64,000 nt of DNA, taken from assembly GCA_030141605.1 (NCBI GenBank), contig JAQGDQ010000006.1, forward strand, positions 1,364,001 through 1,428,000, given 5' to 3'. The position numbers and the translations under genes are program-made. The notes below the pieces were generated by a model. It was not told where the DNA came from, searched no databases, and saw only the letters and a program-made list of their open reading frames with translations. Shown here piece after piece: positions 1 to 13,566 of this stretch (its first letter is position 1; each line of letters starts with the position of its first letter). The DNA is from Tubiluchus corallicola (taxonomy: Eukaryota; Animalia; Priapulida).

Positions 1-3000
1 TCGTAATGCAACAGTTAACTGAAGTACCTCTACCAGTGAGATTTTTCTTCATATTGGTTGGCCCTCGTGATTCAGAGTTGGATTACCACGAAATTGGTCG
101 TGCTTTAGGAACTTTGCTTGCCGATCAGGTACATTCCATTTTGTTTTACGTTTAACATGTGGATAGTGCACCATTGCAATTCTGAATGTTAGTAAGAAAC
201 TAATCATCAGATGCAATATAGTCGAAAAAAACTATCTAGGGGAGGGTTACACTTCAGTTAGAAAAAATGGTAGAAAATATGTTAAAATTAACCTTTCCTT
301 GTTAATTTTAACGATATTGTATTGTAGAAGAATTGAGCATCCCGGGATCAAAAAAATGTGTTACATAAAATTGTCAATCTTGAATTCAATCATCAACTAC
401 TTAAACATGGTGAAAATCGATATATGGTTTAAAAGTCTTTGAAGAGGTTGCATTCAGCTATGAAATAGGGACTGCTATGAGATGGAGACATAAATGCTGA
501 GATGCAACATTATCAATAATGTGAAAAACCGGGAACAGTTTGCCAATACATACGAAATTACTTACAACTGTTAGTATTATTATTATTATTATTAATATTA
601 GTAATTATTCAAATACCAATTTAAGTTGCTCTAGCCAAAACAAGTAGGCTACTGTAACTGAAGCTGAATGATCACTTCTTAAAAGTGCTGCCAAATTCTA
701 GTATTTTTAAAACATTCATATATTCTGAGTGAATCTCAGAGATCACTTCCGATTCAGACGTAATACATAACCCATTACTATTTCAGAGTTCAAGCAAGTA
801 AAATCTGCAACTTTTCACTAACTCAGATCAGTTTGAAGTGGTAGCATAATGTTTCATACGAATGAAGTAACAAATTATGTCTGTTGTGAACTGTTGTAAT
901 TTTTATGCATGAATTCCTGGATCCTGGGATCGAGTGTTCTAGCCCCGGCATTGATAATTTTTCTAGGATCCCGGGATTGAGACTTTTAGCCACAAGGTCT
1001 TGGATTTGAGCAGAGCATTTCCCGTTTTGACAAATCATAAAGTTTTAGTTGTTGATCGCCAACTGTTTCTGTATTCGTTATTTAAACTTCTCATAATGTA
1101 GCTATCATTTATATTTTTTTCAAAAAATTAGAAAACAATTCCGTGCAACATGTAATGTAATGTAATGATATTATAATTATCTCATCGCATACAAAGTAGA
1201 TGCTTTGTCTAATGAAATTGGTTATATGAAATGTTACAACAGCTGGCTGAACAAAAATTTAATTTTCCAAAAGTATTATAGTAAATTGAAAATGCAAACA
1301 ACTTTGTCATGCACAAAAGTAAATTTACATTATGCGACTTACAAAAAAGAAGTGATGCTGTTCAAAGAAACTTTTCTGTACAACTCTTTGTGAGGTTCGT
1401 AAGTTAACTCCTATGTGATACTGTACAAGCTTGTTTGCCTGACCCCTAGCCACAAGACCCTGTGCCTGTGTTTGTGCCATGCAGGTACTAAAATTGCCTT
1501 TGTAGGCAGGCAGGTACCTTTATTTTAAGGATTAAGAGTAGAAGCTTTGTATGTCAATGGCAGTTCACCGGATGGCTTCCTGAGTGGTTGTGTGTCAAAG
1601 TATTTTTGAATGTGGTGATTTCAGAAATGTATTATCAGGAATATTTGTAATTACATTTTGCATGTTCAATTTATGCTTACATTTATTTTTTGCTAAGTGT
1701 CAATCCATTGGGCTATATGCAAGTTCTTAGTTGAAAATTTCTACATTTAAATTAGAACAACGAGAATGAGAATGAATCCTGTTTCACTGCAAAATAAATC
1801 CGTTTATAAAGTTATACCGCAAGCGAGTAACCCAAAAATACTTTGGTAACAATTATTGCAAAAGATAGATGCATCCCAAGTGTCGATAGGAAATTTGGAC
1901 TATTGAATTTTACTGTCTCGCAGGCTGCTTTGTATATTGTGCCAGAATTTTTTTTGACATGTCTACGCCTCCAGAGCTATATTCCATAAAGTCTCTGTAT
2001 ATTTAAACTGTTTTTTCACACATTTAAGAAATTTGTGCAATCACGAATATTTTCAAACTTCTTTCTCTGTTAATTCAGCATTATTCTTATACAAATGAAT
2101 GAATTCATTTTTATGTTGCTATTGGGAGGTTTTCGACTAACTGTTTTGACTGAAGTAAGTTGGGTAACTTATGTCACGCAATTTTTGCTTTTTTTAGGAA
2201 TTTGTTGAAGTTGTATATAGAGTAAATGATAACAAAGGGATATTGACGGCTATTAATGAGTTTTTAGATGAAGCTTTGGTGTTACCACGTGGACCCTGGG
2301 ATACAAAAATTCTGCTTGGAATAAAAGATATGAAAAAGACTCAGGCTGAAAAACACCAGGCTCGAAAACTTCGCCATCGCAAAATGGGCGGAGCGAGATT
2401 GCAAGACCAAAAAAGTATGTCCCAATGTTTTTTGATTTTTTTTGCTATTTAGAAGAGTTTGAACAACTAATTTTTGTTAGTTTTTTTATAAACTAAATAG
2501 TACTGCAAATTGGTAGAATAAAATCAAAATTTTAATCTCCCTTTATCAGTTTGATATCTGGGGTATTTTTGTACTTCAGTATCATTGTAATTTATGTAAA
2601 AAAAATTTATAGTTATTTTTGTGTTACTTAATACTTGAACCTAACTAAGGTAGATAATAATACAATACATGTAATAAAATTGCATTTTTTGTTCTTGTAG
2701 ATTAAATGGTTTGGTTTATTTTTCAGCTGATTTTATGGCACTTGCTTATTAGCAGATCGTGTTGTCTATTTCATGAGAATAACTGCTTTTAATAGTTGGT
2801 TAATATAACAGCATCCATAAGTTTATTAGTTATGTTTGGATTTTAGAAATTTATTAGTGAGTTGCTTAACTGCATTTTCTATTGAATTGTTTAGTTATCA
2901 CACACAGTTTTATACAACTGAGGTTGTATCAAAGATTTTAACAATTTGACAGCATTAATCTAGTAATACAAAAGTTTGTTTGTAAAATGCTACCTTTGTC

Positions 3001-6000
3001 AAACTTTCAATTCAGTTTGCGATAAATCTATATATTTTTAGGTTTACTAAAAGAAAAAGCTGAGAAAGAATACCAGAATCCACTCAGGAGAACTGGCAAA
3101 CCATTCGGTGGAATGATTAGGGATATCAAACGGCGATTTCCTTACTACAAAAATGACATTTTAGATGCGCTCAACTTCCAGTGCCTTCTTACTATCATTT
3201 TTATTTATTTTGCCACTTTAGCTCCAGCAATGACATTTGGAGGAGTGTTGAGTAAGTGCTTTTTTCTATACATTTTAACATATGTAATGTAAAACAGTAA
3301 AAGAATTAAATTGATTTTAGATAAATTTGGAAAAGAGATGTATATAAGAATCTTCTAGTACAGCAAGTCTTTAAATTTATTTACACAGTTTTTTGACTGG
3401 CTGACTGATTTAAGGTAACTTAGATCTGAATCTCAATTGAAACGATTGAAAGTTTTTATAAAGCAGACTGTACATTGTTTTACAAAATTTTTTCAAAGGC
3501 GATAAGACAAAGCGATGGATGGGAGTATCGGAGACACTTCTAGCCACAGGAATGAATAACATTGTGCAGAGTCTGTTTGCGGGGCAACCTCTACTCATTT
3601 TAGGTGCTTCAGGTCCTGTTCTTGTATTTGAATACAGTCTTTATGAGGTATTTACTATTGTCATTAACACATGGCTATTCATTTGAATTGTTAAAAATTT
3701 TTATACCGAAAGAGTAATAATGAATTTTTTGTTTCTTTAATGATTATTTCAATTTGTTAATGTTATATTTTGTCACATATGTTAATGTTATAATTTTAAT
3801 GGAGTGTCACTTAATATAATGCTTTCTTTTGTTTGGTGAAGTTTTTCTGTAATGTAACAGTGCAACAGTGATTATGTGTGTCTTCATTTACCAGAATTAT
3901 TATTGAAGGAACAGAAACCAATGTGTTGTCAGTTGAAATTGTGTTTTTCAGTTCTGTCATGGTCAGGGTATCGAGTTCATGGCTTTTCGATGGTGGGTTG
4001 GTTTTTGGATCAGTGTTCTTACCATAATTGTGGTAGCACTGGATGGCAGCTCGTATATTCGTTATTTCACTCGGTTTATGGAGGATATCTTTGAAGTGCT
4101 CATCTCCATTGTCTTTATTTTGATGTGTTTTGAGAAATTACACGAGGTATTTAACTCAGTGCTTGGTACACAACACACGAACAAAATACAAGTATGACTG
4201 CTATTCAGTACACTAACAGAATAAGTGGAATTTTAGACATTTGTTATAATACAGGAACGAAACAAACAAAAATTTGGAAAAATGATAGGAACACATGGAA
4301 ATGAACAGCGGCGAAAAGTTGTAATAGTTTATTAAATAGCTTGTAATAATAAAACTTAGAATATCACCCTTACCAACTGCAAGATGCCATGATTTATCTA
4401 ATTGTACAGAAAATGTGGCCGTGCATTCTGAAATTACATGTACGCAGTGTCGTAGATATCTTTACATATGCGGTGGCATAATCAGCCACAAAATTGATAA
4501 AATTTTACATTGCAAAATGAAGAAACTAACGGAGTAGATTAATAATTTACTCCCTGTTGTCTTTATTTATTTAATTAGATGTCAGTAGACGTTTCCACAG
4601 TAGATGTAGATACAGGTAGAAGCCAAAGGAAGTAGATGATACATACACGTAGATAGTGCAAAAGTAGATGTTGATTAAAAGTAGATGAGAAAAAAGTAGA
4701 TGTTCCAAACACTGATTTAACTAACACCATTTTAAGTTGCAACTTATTTGCTATTTTTATGATGGAATAAAAGCACTGAAAAGTTTTGATTAACAATATT
4801 AGTTTAAAAAAGCATTCTGTTTAAAGTCACATTAAGAGCTGCACTTTAAATTAATTATTTATTACCTTTCAGTTTAGATTAATTTTTAGTTTGACTCCTT
4901 TCAAGTTATTAAACATGGAAATGATTCCTTTGTATGTAATGTTGTGTCTTCTGAGGATATTAAGGTACATAATGAATTAGCTGTTTTGTAGATGATTTTT
5001 CAAGAAAATTTGAATCCTGTTTACGAGAGTTATAATTAAGAGTAAAAATCATAGTATTGTAATTTTTATCATTCATTCAGATATATCATCATCATCCTCT
5101 TCTGGATGACTATTGTGAAGAAGATCATTACAACATGTCAGGCAACTATGATTCAAAGCATCATGCTAGTGTTTCACATTATGCAAATGGTTCTACTCCA
5201 GTCAAAGAGGAAAAATATCACAGTGAACCAACATCTGAACCAAATACAGCTCTGTTAAGCACAATTTTCATGTTTGGAACATTTCTAGTTGCAACTTTTA
5301 TGAAGAAGTTTCGAAATTCCATATTTCTTGGTCGAACGGTGCGTATACTTCAATTAAATAATGTAAAGACTATAACAATAATGGTTCATAATAACTTTTT
5401 CTAAAATTCAATCACACATTATTTTTTGCATTCTTGCTTAATGGAGTACATTAAATTTCAGGCTTACATTACTTTTTTGGAATCTTTTATGTACAACGTT
5501 TGGCTAGATTTTAGTATGTACTCCGACTTGGCAAATGTCATTCGGTACTAGCACCGACTATTCATATTTAGCTGTATCTAACTATATATTATTAGTTAAC
5601 TGAATATTGTATACTTTTGTTCTTTTGTATAACTGTATTGGTGATCAATTTTAATTTTATGATTAACAAGGTATTAAAATTTCTTAGTTCGTTCGGTAGC
5701 ATCCTTCCATCTCTCCACTTACACATTCGTTTACCTTAATTCTAGGATTTGATATAGTAACTGCACTTTCAAAATACAAAAGATGTGTGAATTCTGCTGT
5801 GTATGTGGAATAAAAGAAACTCTATTTATGAAATATTGCATCAATGTATTTTATAGGAATGTTAGTATTTCTAGATATTCAGCTTGACACATGCTTGTCA
5901 AGTCATCCATCTTAATTGATTTTTACTAAAAATAAAATTGCTTGAAGGTACATAGGATTGAAGTTTATCGTGAAATTTATTTTCTTCACTAGAGCAAATC

Positions 6001-9000
6001 TCTGTGCGGTTAATAATTGATGTTCTCAGTAGAGTTCAGGACATGGCAATATATGGATATATTTACGTATGCAGGTAGCTGTAAAGAGGGAAAAGATGTC
6101 ATGTGGTTAAAAGTTTACACAATTTTGATTATTTTAATGCTTTAGAATTTTTACACTTAAACTTACTTTGAAAGCAAAATTGCTTTAGAAGCCAAAATTT
6201 AAAAATGGATGCCTTGATAATTTAAGAACTTGTAATGACGTGGATTTTGTTTGTTTCTTTATGGAATTGGTTGTGAATTTCTTAAGTTAAGCTTAAGAAC
6301 AATGTTAAATTACTATTATAGCTATATATTTTTATATGTTACATTGCTGCTTTCGGGCATCATTTTTTTTGTATTTATGATTAACTTGTTAAAGTTGTGT
6401 TTAGGTACGCCGGACTCTAGGAGATTTTGGATTGACATTCTCTATTATTCTGTGGACATTACTGTGTGAATTTGCTATTCGGCACACCTATGTTGAAGTG
6501 AGTAATGTGTTGTTGGGAATGCGGTCAACATGATTGCTTCTGTTTTCAGGTCCTGTCTTAATCAGAATTCCCTTAAAACATTATGCAGTTTTACTAACCC
6601 TTCCTAATATTTACTGAATCCATTTTGTTGATGAAATTTTTGTTTCTGTACATTTGATTTTGTCATTCATATTGTACAGTGTCTAGAGATGTACAAAGTA
6701 TCTTGACTATTTTAATGTCAGTTATGTAATTGTGTGTGTATATTGTTCTTTAGTTTAGGTTATGTAGCAGCATTTTTAAAGGCCAAATGTGAAATATGTT
6801 CATGTTTTTTGTGTATTACATATGTAATGTACCTTGAGATGTTAAAAATATCCAGAAATAAGGGATTTAACTTTTAAAAGTGATATACATCCATAAGATG
6901 TTTTTTTATTTTTCTTTCAAAGTTTGTAGAAATTTGTGGCAGTGTGAGCATACATTAATGCAGTTAGCAATTATGTCTTCATCACAAAAGCAATGATATC
7001 ATTATAATAATGTCGAATTTGTTCACGAATGCTTGGACATGCAGCAAATAATATGCTATATGTAGAAGCTGAGGGAGTTGAGGTTGAATTTGATTTTATT
7101 TACTGTTTGAAGATGTCTTACCTGTTTAAATGCCAATTTATTATATTTGATTTAAAGTGTTTTCTTCTTTCATACAGAAACTATATATTCACCCTGGATT
7201 TTCACCAACATCTCCAGAGAAACGTGGTTGGTTAGTTCACCCAATGGGTCACCACAAGCCGATAGAACTATGGATGATATTTGCAGCTTTCATTCCAGCT
7301 TTTATGGTCTACATTTTAATATTTCTTGAAGGACAAATTTGTGCGTAAGTTTGTGGTGCAAAATCGTTATTTATCTGACAGTAATTTGATCCTTTTTTAT
7401 TCCAAAGTATCACTGAATGATTTAGCAATCACTTACAAGTTTTAACTCTGTTTTGAAGCTTTTTCCAATTCTGGGATTTAAATAAATCTCTTGTAGCGAA
7501 GGAGTTAGCTAGACTGGAATTTTTTTACGTTTTTTTTTGTAGAGTTCCAGCATGATTCTTGTTTGAAGTTGTACGTTCTAATTCTGATCTTAATTTAAAA
7601 TCAGCTGTTGCCAAATGTAATTGGCTTTATTCAGTGAATGCATTCACATAATGAGGGAATGATTTAGGAAGTTTGTCATTAGAAAACCTTAAATGAGATG
7701 TCGTATTGTACTTTTTTATTGCCAATGTGTCAGTCATTCGGCCTGATGATTTATATTAGCATTCGTGTTTGCTAAACTGTTTTGGTTTAATATTAAAATA
7801 ACAAACCAAATTTGATTTTGGTTACAGACTTACAGCTACTGCTGTACTGAGTTACTTTGTTGTGCATTAAGATTTTCAATTACGAATGACTGGAAAGTAG
7901 TCATTCGGCCTGATTATTTATATTAGCATTCGTGTTTGCTAAACTGTTTTGGTTTAATATTAAAATAACAAACCAAATTTGTTTTTGGTTACAGACTTAC
8001 AGCTACTGCTGTACTGAGTTACCTTGTTGTGTATCAAGATTTTCAATTACGAATGACTGGAAAGTTTACTTATTAATAAATATTTACTAACCAGTTAAAG
8101 TATGGCAGTAAACGCTGGCAGGATTGAATTGTCCAAAATAATAATCACGATAATCAATTTTCTAATTTTAATTTTAAAAGTTGTCGAATTAAAGCAGGAT
8201 TTGAATTACTTTTAGTGCTGATTAGGCAAAAACTGGGTTTATACTGCTTCTGTTTTGCTTTGTTAAACCTTAAATTTAAACCTTAACTTTAAACATTTCT
8301 TTTTCAAGCCTTATAATGAGTGGCCATGAACGAGGTCTTAGAAAAGGAACAAGCTTCCATTTAGATACTTTCATTATTGGACAGCTAGCTTTCCTAAACT
8401 CAGTGTTTGGTCTTCCCTGGATGTGTGCTGCTACTGTGCGAACAATGGCGCATGTCTCAGCTTTGACTGTCATGTCTAAAACTCATGCACCGGGAGAGAA
8501 GTCAAAAATTGTCACTGTGTACGAACAGCGAGTTACGAATCTGGTTGTCAGTGTTCTTATGAGTGAGTATGATTTTAGTTATTTTTAAATCAAATTGGGA
8601 AATGTGGCAGGAATCTGTGAAGTATCATTGCACCTTATATGTTTCAGTATCTTACGTAACAGAAAGCTTGGTCATAAAGATTGCCAGTTGCAACAGAATT
8701 GCCTCAATAAAATTCAGCTTTTTCTTGTTCTAATTGCCTTCTGTTTTAACCAAATATCGTTAAAACTTGTACTAATGACCACCTGTTCTTGGTTTGGAGT
8801 TTCATTATACTGAATTCTAAAATTTTAGGTGTTTTCTTTCAGTTTTTAGCATATTAATGGGATCTGTTTTGAGAACAGTACCGGAGGCCGTGTTGTTTGG
8901 AATTTTTTTATATATGGGTGTGAGTAACCTGAAAGGAATACAGCTGGTTGATCGCATTAAAATGATGTTCAAATTACCTAAATACTTCCCAGATGTGAGA

Positions 9001-10188
9001 TATGTGCGGAGGGTGAGTAAAATATCTGAATGTAAATCAGATCCAGCAGAAGTGAAGCTTTGCATGTTTAAAAGTTGTTTAATTCTAAATGTTTGATTCT
9101 AATTTTGTTTAAAAGAAAAAACTGGGCAACATAATGCACATTCCAGCTAGATTTCGCATTTCATTTAGCATTTCTGACATGTTAGCTCACAGTGTGGGGT
9201 GGAGTACTAGAGTAAGGTTTGAAAATGAAATTTGTCTGTACGTGGTGGTTTGCTAAAAAAGCAGATAATTTAAACAACCGTTACTAACAATAATTTGTAG
9301 CGTCATACATTACTTCTCGTTTTCTCTTATTTGTATTTTTTTCATTATACGTGCAGTTGGATAATTGTTTGTCATTAAGACTTTTGTAGTACGCGTTATG
9401 CAGAAAAAACTGACGTCTTATTATGAGTATGAATTTGCAGGTGAAGGTATCCAGAATACATCTCTTCACATTTGCGCAGATAATCTGTGTTGGCATACTG
9501 ATAGCAGTGAAAGCATCAGCTGCTGCTATCGCTTTCCCATTTGTTGTGTTACTCCTGGTACCAGTCAGGCTAAACCTAAAATGGTTTTTCACACCGAAAG
9601 AACTGTTTGAGGTACTGTAGTGTTTTTAATAACACTTTGCCAATGACTATATTTATGTTTAATTAACAATAATTTTCTGCTGAACTTGTAAATAAAACTA
9701 GGTGCAACCTGTTTTTGCCTCAAATTTCAGACAGTTTCACCTGACGGTTTCAAATAACATACAGGAAAAATTGCTGCCAGTCATCCATGGCTAGTAAATT
9801 AAAACTCTTGTTTTTGATGACAGAAGTACAAAAGTAATGATGAAACTGTAAATCAAACCCAACAGGGCAGTTCTGTTTCTCTATAGAGGGGTCAATATCT
9901 AATTCATTTACAAATTTAGATAACTGCATTTTGTATAATAGCTTATGTTCTACGTTATAGGTAGATGTAAGATAGGTAGGAAGTTAACTTCTGTCTTCTG
10001 TCTGTTTGGAATGTTTGTTTTTACTGCATTTGTCATTTACTGTAATTCTTTCTTTATGGTGTACTTGGTATATTATTTCGTCTTTTACTTTTTAGTAATG
10101 TTTGCCTTGTATTTTACAGCTTGATGGAGAAGATTCAGATAATGACGATGAAGACGATAGAGATTTTTATGAACAGAGCCATTTATAG
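1..10188 (+). CDS. SLC4A2: SLC4 family anion exchanger (AE/band-3-like Cl-/HCO3- exchanger), 5'-truncated by the window edge
   Basis: Phase-consistent GT-AG exons: <1-128, 2198-2414, 3042-3251, 3499-3647, 3952-4146, 5081-5338, 6405-6497, 7178-7344, 8309-8562, 8843-9012, 9441-9611, 10120-10188 (TAG). Motifs: [99 protein letters not shown], acidic tail LDGEDSD. The TM8 Glu and a single Cys in extracellular loop 3 favour the AE subfamily over Na+-coupled NBCs. The symbol is the nearest vertebrate name; one-to-one orthology is not established. Confidence 0.93.
4577..4714. repeat. GTAGAT-rich subterminal repeat array, probable end of a hAT-type MITE
   Basis: Repeated (A)GTAGAT(G) motifs ending in GTTCCAAACACTG, which resembles CAGTGTT-type TIRs. 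No convincing opposite end was located. Confidence 0.4.
7731..8065. repeat. Two tandem copies (167-bp period) of a short element bounded by 10-bp inverted repeats
   Basis: 7732-7898 and 7899-8065 are near-identical. Each unit starts (C/T)AGTCATTCG and has CGAATGACTG near its end (7883-7892, 8050-8059). Confidence 0.85.
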
Positions 10189-12323
10189 TGTAGTATTTGC
10201 TATGTGGATGCTACAAAATGATTGGTCACCTGAGCTCCTTTATTGTTGCAAACAAATAATATATGTTTTTATATATCTTCATTTGAAATTTTTACATATT
10301 AAATTTTTGTGATACAGTTGTATTGTGATACAATGTTCAGTTGCATTTTTATGATTTTACCTGAGCTAGTAGATGTTTAGAAAAGAAGCGATGAAGAGTA
10401 AAAAACATTTGTGTCAGTACTGTATTTTGAATAAAAAGCTGTTAACTTTGATAGTTATCTTCTCAGGTAAATAAGAAAACCTGAAAGTATAAGTGATAGT
10501 TCAGATGCTCACTTGAATGCCTGTAATAAAACTTGTAAAAGTTGTTGGCCTAAGTAGCAAATTTTATTAGAATTTTGTATTATACAAAATAAAATGCTTC
10601 TGGAAAGAGCACAACTTTTTACTACATAATATTGATACTAAAAATATATCAATTAACTTTTAATTGTCATGCATATTCTGTGGAATAAAATACATATTTA
10701 AAAAAAATTAGTACTTCATTAAACTTAATTTGTGTTCCTATGTGTTAATACGTGTTCACACATATAAAATAGCTTGCAATGTCTGAAAAGTAGATAAAAA
10801 AGATTTTAATTAAAAATGTAAAATTATAGCGTTCATTGTACAGCTTATTTATTAAAAGATTGTCATATACGTGCCATAATCAACTTGGCTCCAGTGAAAA
10901 TGTCGCATTCTTAGTACTGCAGGAGAAAGTTTTTGAAATGATGAATTTTTTTTGGCTTTTAGTTGTCTTCTACAATTAATGTAGTTAGTTAATTCGACCA
11001 GTTAAGTTCTTAAAACGTATTTTGCAGATGTAGGCCTATGATGACTACTATATATGAGTTGGTGTTCGTATAGCTGATTTTTATATGGCTTAGTGAAGTG
11101 CAATTGTAGTTTGTTTATTCAAAAATCTTATTGACTGAGTCTTGTGTAGCAGTCGTTGGTGGATAAAGTAAAACTTGCATCGATCAAATCTATAGAAAAA
11201 GTATGCGTACAATGCCATAATTATGTGGAATTTGAATGTTTAAAATTCTGCTGTATGTTTTCAAAACATAGAAGCCTACAAGCTTTAGTAATTTTACTGA
11301 AAACTACCATGCTTTTGCAGCATGAAATTTAGTCACATGTGTGGCAGTCAGCAGAGATTTAATAAAAATCGTCAAGCTTTTCAGAGTTAAAGGATTTTGT
11401 TTTGTGCAACGTGTCTTTCTAAAGTGCACATTAGTTTGTTGTTGACTGTACTACTGGTAACATACCCTGTCAAATTCTGCAGTTATAGCATATAACTTTC
11501 TTTGCTGTACTAATAATCTTTATTACTACAATAAGCCTTACTTTACTGTCTTTCTTTTGAACAGTTATGCCCCACAAATGTCTGTTAAGAGATCCTGATT
11601 GTGACGTACGTGCCAGTGTAGTAAAGAAAAAGAGCAAACGTAAAAAGTAAAAATGAGGTACAGGAAACTGGAAATGGGAGAGGTGGAAAATCATTTCTGA
11701 CTATATGTGTAAAACTTTGTATGCATTTCGGGTGGCACTTTCATGTCGGTAACAGCTGGCGATGTCATAGTCAGGAGTATCTGCTCGCATGTTGTTATTA
11801 TCTTTCTGTTAGGTGGGAGATTGTTCCTTAGCCTCACTGTTTGGTGATTACTAGATTAAATTTCACTTACTGCATTTGCATACGACATAACTTATAATTG
11901 CGATAACAGTGATAGTGGCTTTAGTAAGGAATTATATTCTTGGATGAGGGATATTTTGTTGACTGATCGTCCCAGCTTGCAGCCGATTTTTAGACTCTCA
12001 GCTAGATTGTACAAGGTGATAGTATAATACCTGTTAGCTTGCGTTAAAGAAAAATGTTTGTTGTTTCATAATACTAATTTAATAAATATCGCTCTCCACA
12101 GCCGTTTGGTCGTCCAAATCATGCCTGCTTTTTCTGGTCTCTAACAAGTTTCAAGGATTCCACGTGGAGATGTTTTTTCCGACGTTAATTAAAAATTCTA
12201 AATTTTCATATAATTTCGACCATATTATAATTTTTTTTTATAAATTTCTGCAAAAATAAAGTGATAACAACAACTGCCACATTATTATAGTGATTACGTC
12301 ATAGACTCTATGCTCACGATGTA

Positions 12324-13262
12324 ATGTGCATGACTTGTATGCGGGTGATTAATGTTGTCGTTAACTACAAAAAGGTCTGTCATTTGAGTCAAAACGATTT
12401 TTATGGGAGCATAATGAGCCATACAGTTACCAATCCTAAGCGTAATTTAAGAAGTTCAGCAACCGGATCTCTGAATAAGGGTAGTTACAGTAATCAACAG
12501 TTATCAGCTAGTATGGAAAACAAGACTTTTGACGATAGCAGTGCTGAGTTGTCTCCTAAATGTGGATCATGTAGTGAGGAAGTACAGCGTGATGATCAGG
12601 CCATGCAGTGTGAAATATGTTGCTTTTGGCATCATGTAAAATGTGAGAATATGGATTCAGATACCTATAAAATACTTATGAAAGGCAATATGAATCTTCA
12701 TTGGTATTGTAACAAATGTAACACCACCTTTTCTTCGATATTGTCATCTGTTGCTAAATTAGAGGAACAACATCGCACACTAAAGGCTCGAGTAGATAAA
12801 ATTACTGATGATGTTCATAGTTGTGCAGACAAAATGATGGGTGTATCTGCAAAAGTTGGCGAGCTAGAAAATTCGATTGACAACACCATTAATAGTAAGG
12901 TGAATTCCCAAATAATAAATGAAGTGCAAGAAATGCGTGAGCGTGAAAAAATAAAACCACGGCTTGTGTTAGGAAATGTACCCACGGTGGATTCTAATTT
13001 AAGCAAGTATGAGCTACAGCAAATAAACGATGAGATGATAAATGCCTTCTTGGATAAAATTGGTGTCGGTAATGTAAAGCCAGTTACCAATATATTTCGT
13101 CTGAAAGCTAAAGATCAAAAATGTAACGACACGCTCAAATTCCAAGTCTTATTGTCTTATGCAGATAAAACAAGGATTTCAGAAGCAGATCGCCAGATTT
13201 GTGATTCAGACTATCGTGAAATTGGAAATATGTTTGTGCAGCCAGATTTAACATTCAAATAG
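12324..13262 (+). pseudogene. CR1 ORF1 (PHD finger plus coiled coil), premature stop near the C-terminus
   Basis: 312-aa ORF. The same frame continues past TAG as REERKVLMKELEEKKK, so QPDLTFK*REERK is probably a CAG>TAG nonsense change. Confidence 0.85.
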
Positions 13263-13566
13263 CGTGAAGAAAGAAAGGTACTCATGAAGGAATTAGAAGA
13301 AAAGAAAAAACGTGAGCCGTCAAAAACTAAAGCAACAATTACGCCAGAGGAGTTGTCTACGAATGGAAAAAAAGAAATGGGTTGCAGTAAACAGCATCCG
13401 AAGAGATATTGTAACTCATGGAATAAAGTTAAAACTTATTCTGGGAAAACATTAATGTTTTGTATACTAATGCAATTATGCAGATCAATTCTTAAACAAG
13501 AGACAGGAATTAATTACAAAATTATTTCAGGATTCTACGCTTTATCATGTAGTTGCAATTAGGGAA

